In this document: positions 58,205 through 64,000 of the stretch, piece after piece
Layout: every line of letters begins with the position of its first letter
Position numbering within the stretch: the first letter of the stretch is position 1
Made by a program: the position numbers and the translations under genes
Assembly (NCBI RefSeq): GCF_009914755.1
Contig: NC_060925.1
Origin: the human T2T-CHM13v2.0 reference genome, Homo sapiens
Direction: 5' to 3' (one strand)
DNA length: 64,000 nt
The notes under the pieces: model-generated
The model's database searches: none
The model's input: only the letters and a program-made list of their open reading frames with translations
What the model was told of the DNA's origin: nothing

Positions 58205-58613
58205 TGACAAAGACTCAGCTCCTCTAAACCCTCTAGGCATTGACCTTGGCATCGGTCCATGTTGGGCCTAATGGCCCAGTTGCAGCATGTCAGTTTAGAG
58301 GCGACCCCTGACCCCTCGATATCTGATCCAAATATTCATCCCCCACCCTTGGTACCTGATCACTCGGGTTTGCCTTCAGCAAGAATCCTGTCCAGTGGAT
58401 TTAGCCAGAATCTGTCCTTACCCCACAAATTTCCTCTTAGGTTTTCCATCCCCAACCCAGCTTCTTGGCTATAAATACCCACTTGTCATCCATACTGTAT
58501 TTGGAATTGAGCCCAGTTCTATACTGAAATCTCCTTTCCCCTATTGCAATAGTTCCTGACTAAAATTTGTTTTTACTGCTTTAAATGCAGTTCAGCTCTG
58601 GTTTTCATTGACA
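58205..58613 (+). mobile_element. MER31-like ERV1 solo LTR
   Basis: TGACAAAGACTC start, CTTCAGCAAGAATCCTGT...TTTAGCCAGAATC, TATAAA box at 58470, TGACA end. Confidence 0.75.
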
Positions 58614-59215
58614 GGCAGATCCTCTTGACCTCCCACCCGTCTCCCACAAAGCAGGAGAGGTACATGGTTTCCCCTCACCAGCTGAGAGGCTTCAAGCCAA
58701 AAGGGAGTTACCTGTGCTCTATATTTCTCTGGGGAGGCAAGAATCAGTGGCACACAGACGCCTGAAAATTCCTCTAGGCAAGAGGTTGGGTGAGGCTCCA
58801 GTGGTAGCTAAGGAGTGGGGGCTCTGTTGGAGGAGACTGCAGTGCTTCTCACACGGAGACAAGGGTGTGGGACTCCATGTGGGCCCTGTGGCACAGCCAG
58901 CGTGGGGTTGTCTTGGATCGCAACAAGAGGAGTCCTGGAGGGATAACGTATCCTGAAGAGGAGCTGCACTGGCAGATGCCCCAGAGTGGGAGAGCAACGT
59001 TAAGCTAAGGAAAAACCACTGTCCACGTCAAAGGCGCTGCACATGAAGGGCCCTGGTAGGATGGGGTGGGTGGTGGGTGAGGTAGGAATGCCCATGAAGG
59101 AGGGAGCACTGGACCAGAGAGAAGGGCTGGGGAACCCCTGCCCACCCAGCCTGGAAAACTTCCAGTTCTAAAACTGAGTTGAAGGAAGCTAAATCAGTGA
59201 ACATATGGAGTTATG

Positions 59216-60237
59216 TGTTGCGGGAAGTCAGGGACCCCGAATGGAGGGACCGGCTGAAGCCATGGCAGAAGAACATAAATTGTGAAGATTTCATGGACAC
59301 TTTATTACTTCCCCAATCAATACCCTTGTGATTTCCTATGCCTGTCTTTACTTTAATCTCTTAATCCCATCATCTTCATAAGCTGAGGAGGATGTATGTC
59401 ACCTCAGGACCTTGTGATGATTGCGTTAACTGCACAAATTGTTTGTAAAGCATGTGTGTTTGAACAATATGAAATCTGGGCACCTTGAAAAAAGAACAGG
59501 ATAACAGCAATGTTCAGGAAACAAGAGAGATAACCTTAAATTCTGATCACCGGTGAGCCGGGCGGAACAGAGCCATATTTCTCTTCTTTCAAAAGCAAAT
59601 GGGAGAAATATCACTGAATTCTTTTTCTCAGCAAGGAACATCCCTGAGAAAGAGAATACACCCCTGAGGGTAGGCCTTTAAAATGGCCGCTTCAGGGGGC
59701 AGCCATCTTTTATGGTTGGGCTGTAGGGATGAAATAAGCCCCAGTCTCCTGTAGCACTCCCAGGCTTATTAGGACAAGGAAATTCCTGCCTAATAAATTT
59801 TTGGTCAGACCAGTTCTCTGCTCTCAAACCCTGTCTCCTGATAAGATGTTATCAATGACAATGCGTGCCCGAAACTTCCTTAGCAATCTTAATTTCGCCC
59901 CAGTCCTGTGGTCCTGTGATCTCGCTCTGCCTCCATTTGCCTTGTGATATTCTATTACCTTGTGAAGCACGTGATCTCTGTGACCCACACCCTATTCGTA
60001 CACTCCCTCCCCTTTTGAAATCACTAATAAAAACTTGCTGGTTTTGTGGCTTGTGGGGCATCACGGAACCTGCCGACATGTGATGTCTCCCCCGGACACC
60101 CAGCTTTAAAATTTCTCTCTTTTGTACTCTGTCCCTTTATTTCTCAGACTGGCAGACACTTAAGGAAAATAGAAAAGAACCTACGTGAAATATCGGGGGT
60201 GAATTTCGCCCAATATCTGGCTGAATTTCCCCCAATA
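59216..60237 (+). mobile_element. MER11 (HERV-K11/HML-8) solo LTR
   Basis: TGTTGCGGGAAGTCAGGGACCCCGAATGGAGGGACCGGCTG start; ~1.02 kb; 6-bp TSD GTTATG / GTTATA. Confidence 0.92.
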
Positions 60238-60830
60238 GTTATATAAATTGTATATTTATTGGACTGCAAATTGTAAGGACCAAAATGACACATGAAGGAG
60301 TGTGAGGACATGGACGTTTGTCATATCAGAAATGTAATGAGACTTGCCTGAAATTTGATTCAGAGGCAAAACAGACATAGTTTACAGACTGTGGTGGCAG
60401 GGTGGGGTAGAAATAAAGCCACTTTTGTCTTGCACTCTAATGAGCCTTATTCCTCTTCATTCTGTTACACAGACAAAATTTCATGTTTTCATATTTACCC
60501 TTATTACCACGTAGTGAGGTACTGTTTTAGAGGAAGAAATTGGAGGCTTGAAGGTTTAAATATCTTGCTCAAAGTCACAGTAAGGGGCTGTGGAGTGACA
60601 AATCAGGATAACCCTGCACACTCATACCTAATACCCTATCTCTTTCCTTTTGATGGCTTAGAAAAAACTTGGCTCAGCAGGCTTGATTGAGCTCAAGGGA
60701 TGTACAGCTTGACACTAGGGGTGTCCAAAGTTTCCCCATTCTAACAAAGCCGCTTCTTCACCCAGGAAGCTGTCCTTGCTACTTAGTCACCTAGTCAGCC
60801 CTGCCTCCTGTCTATAAATATGTAGGGCAC

Positions 60831-63106
60831 TGTATTAGTCCATTTTCATGCTGCTGATAAAGACATTCCTAGGAATGTGCAATTTACAAAAAGAAAGAAG
60901 TTTAATGGACTCACAGTTCCAAGTGGCTGGGGAGGTCTCACAATCATGGCAGAAGGCGAAAGGCACATCTCACATGGCGGCAGACAAGAGAAGAGAGCTT
61001 GTGCAGGGAAACTCCCCTTTATGAAATAATCAGATCTTGTGAGAACTCACTATCAAAAGAATAGCACAGGAAAGACCCACCCCCATAATTCAATTGTCTC
61101 ACACTCGGCCGCTCCCACAACACGTAGAAATTGTGGGAGCTACTATTCAAGATGAGATTTGGGTGGGGACACAGCCAAACCATATCATTCTGCCCCAGCC
61201 CCTCCAAAATCTCACATCCTCACATTTCAAAACCAATCATGCCTTCCCAACAGTCCTTCAAAGTCTTAACTCATTTCAGCATTAACTCAAAAGTCCACAG
61301 TCCAAAGTCTCATTTAAGACAAGGCAAGTCCCTTCTGCCTATGAGCCTGTAAAATGAAAAGCAAGTTAGTTACTTCCTAGGTACAATGCAGGTACAGGCA
61401 CGGAGTAAATACCGATGTTCCAAATGGGAGAAATTGGCCAAAACAAAGTGGCTATAAGCCCCACGCCAGTCCAAAGTCCAGCAGAGCAGTCAAATCTTAA
61501 AGCTACAAAATGATCTCCCTTGACTCCATGTCTTACATCCAGGTCATACTAATGCAAGAGGTGGGTTCCCATGGTCTTGGGCAGCTCCACCCCTGTGGCT
61601 TTGCAGGGAATAGCTTCCTTCTTGGCTGCTTTCACAGGTTGGCATTGAGTGCCTGCAGCTTTTCCAGGCACACGGTGCAAGCTGTCAGTGGATCTACCAT
61701 TCTGGGGTCTGGAGGACAGTGGCCCTCTTCTCACAGATCCACTAGCCAGTGCCCCAGTGGAGATTCTCTGTGGGGGCTTCAACCCCACATTGCTCTTCCA
61801 CACTGCCCTGGCAGAGGTTCTCCATGAGCACTCCACTTTTGCAGCAAACTTCTGCCTGGGCATCCAGGTATTTCCATACATCCTGTGAAATCTAGGCAGA
61901 GGTTCCCAAACCTCAGTTCTTGACTTCTGTGCACCCACAGGCTCAACTCCATGTGGAAGCTGTGAAGATTTGGGGCTTGCACCCTCTGAAGCCATGGCCT
62001 GAGCTGTACCTTGACCCCTTTCAGTCATGGCTGGAGCAGCTGGAATTCAGGGCACCAAGTCCCTAGGCTGCACATAGCAGAGGTACCCTGGGCCCAGCCC
62101 AGGAAACCATCTTTTCTTCCTATGCCTCCAGGCCTGTGATGGGAGGGACTGCTGTGAAGACCTCTGACAGTCCCTAGAGACATTTTCCCCATTGTCAGCT
62201 CCTTGTTACTTATGCAAATTTCTGCAGTCAATTGAATTTCTCCTCAGAAAATGGGATTTTCATTTCTGTCACATTGTCAGACTGGAAATTTTCCAAACTT
62301 TTATGCTCTGCTTCCCTTATAAAACTGAATGCCTGTAACAGCACTCAAGTTACATCTTGAATGCTTTGCTGCTTAGAAATTTCTTCCGCCAGATATCCTA
62401 AATCATCTCTCTCAAGTTCAAAGTTCCACGAATCTCTATGGCAGGGGCAAAATGCTGCCAGTCTCGTTGCTAAAACATAACAAGAGTCACCTTTTCTCCA
62501 GTTCCAAACAAGTTCCTCATCTCCATCTGAGACCACCTCAGCCTGGAATTCATTGTCCATATCATTATCAGCACTTTGGTCAAAGCCATTCAACAAGTCT
62601 CTAGAAGGTTTCAAACTGTCCCACATTTTCCTGTCTTCTGAGCCCTCCAAAATGTTTCCACATCTGCCTGTTACCTAGTTCGAAATTTACTTCCACATTT
62701 TTGGGTATTTTTTCAGCAGCACCCCACTCTACTGGTAGCAATTTACTGTATTAATCCATTTTCATACTGCTGACAAAGACATTCCTGAGAATGGGCAATT
62801 TACAAAAGAAGAGGTTTCATGGACTCACACAGTTCTAAGGGGCTGGGGAAGCCTCACAATTGTAGTGGAAGGTGAAAGGCACATCTCATATGGCAGCAGG
62901 CAAGAGAAGAGAACTTGTGCAGGGAAACTCCCCTTTATAAACCCATCAGATCACCTGAGACTTATTCACTATCATGAGAGTAGCATGAGAAAGACCTGCC
63001 CCCATGATTCAATTACCTCCCACCAGGTCCCTCCCACAACACATAGGATTTGTGGGAGCTAAAATTCAAGATGAGATTTGGATGGGGACACAGCCAAACC
63101 ATATCA
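60831..63106 (-). mobile_element. Complete THE1B MaLR element (LTR 60831-61187, internal region, LTR 62747-63106)
   Basis: two LTRs TGTATTA...CCAAACCATATCA; perfect 5-bp TSD GGCAC (60826-60830, 63107-63111). Confidence 0.93.
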
Positions 63107-63749
63107 GGCACTGTGAGGTCAGTCTCCCTCCTGGACCTCTCCTGGGTGCATGCAGCCCCACTATGCCTGACCCAGGAACACTTCCCTAACAACTCAGGGA
63201 ATCCTGTGTGTCCTGCTCTTCCTCTGCTTTAAGCCCTTCAACCTCCAACCTGGTTTTAAATTTACACTGCAGCATGCATGTGTCTGCATCTCTTTGTAGG
63301 AGAGTAGTGGAGAGAAGATTCACAGCCTGAGTGCCTCTTGGTAAATCCATGCTTCCTCCACAATACCACAGATCATGTTATGTTGCTTGCACACCATATG
63401 TCATCAGACCCCCTGATACAAGAGAAGGGGGTCAGGGGCCCTGGAGCTTCCAAAATAGATGGGGGAAAAAGAGAATTACAAATGTGCATATAGAACAAAA
63501 TCTTTGTGTGGGACAGGAAGTGCTTGGACAAAATGGGGGCTCATATTTTAGAGCCTCTCCATGGGCTTTGAGAAAAAAGATATTTTATATGGCCAGAAAA
63601 TTCAGTTACTCACAGTCATCTATTCCCCAAGGTTTCTGGTTAATTGTGCTCACATCCTATTTGGCCCTGGGTTCCATTGCATTTATCAGGTCAGGATGAG
63701 TTCCCAGTGGTTTTACACTTATTCCCCCAAGTAACAGGTATGTACTGCC

Positions 63750-63875
63750 CATCTAGAATCACAGAAAATGCACAGCAGAGTAGAAATGGAACTCAGAGAT
63801 GACTTCAACAAAGTCCTTCATTTTACAAATGAGGAAACTGAGACACATGATGTATTTTGGCCAGTGTCCATTTGA
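63750..63875 (-). mobile_element. MIR fragment
   Basis: CATTTTACAAATGAGGAAACTGAGACAC core. Confidence 0.65.
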
Positions 63876-64000
63876 GTCTCCTACTTGGGTGATCTGATTG
63901 GGGAAAAATGGAAGTCCTGGATGTTTGAGAAGTTCAAGTTCAGGGCCTGATTTGATTGGTTTTATTCTCAGAATACCACATGGCCTGTTTTCTAGAGATG

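Noticed and set aside
60200-60237. Doubled terminus TGAATTTC.CCCAATA of the MER11 LTR
   Set aside because: As I recall this is part of some MER11 subfamily consensus sequences, so it is not locus-specific
61510-62650. ORFs up to 159 aa in the THE1B interior
   Set aside because: Remnants of the non-autonomous MaLR internal region; fragmented, with no RT or integrase motifs
57040-64000. Possible exons of a downstream neighbouring gene (CYP2J2 expected nearby from memory)
   Set aside because: No P450-like coding sequence or convincing exon seen in the window

Overview
AT-rich primate (most likely human) genomic DNA. Positions ~1.2-48.8 kb hold the 3' 20 coding exons of HOOK1 (+ strand; Hook microtubule-tethering protein 1, a dynein-dynactin activating adaptor), followed by a ~3.4 kb 3'UTR. 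I assembled the exons by eye. All have AG/GT boundaries and compatible phases, and they total 2038 nt ending in ...VPATTSD-TAA at 45413. That fits exons 3-22 of the 728-aa protein as I recall it, with the first ~49 codons upstream of the window. Introns and the 3' flank are filled with interspersed repeats: old L1M and younger L1PA pieces, Alus, MIRs, hAT-Charlie MER elements, solo MER31 and MER11 LTRs, and a complete THE1B element. Nearly all entries in the supplied ORF track are repeat-derived or chance ORFs. I found no evidence for a new gene or a wholly new biological system. The most unusual observations are: (i) a composite insertion in intron 12, where an inverted copy of nearby intronic sequence is fused to the poly(A) end of an L1; (ii) a constitutive HOOK1 splice acceptor apparently built from a MIR SINE; (iii) a Cys codon where I recall a conserved Arg (about residue 658) in the C-terminal cargo-binding region. 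Repeat subfamily calls come from memory of consensus sequences, and edges of old repeats are approximate.
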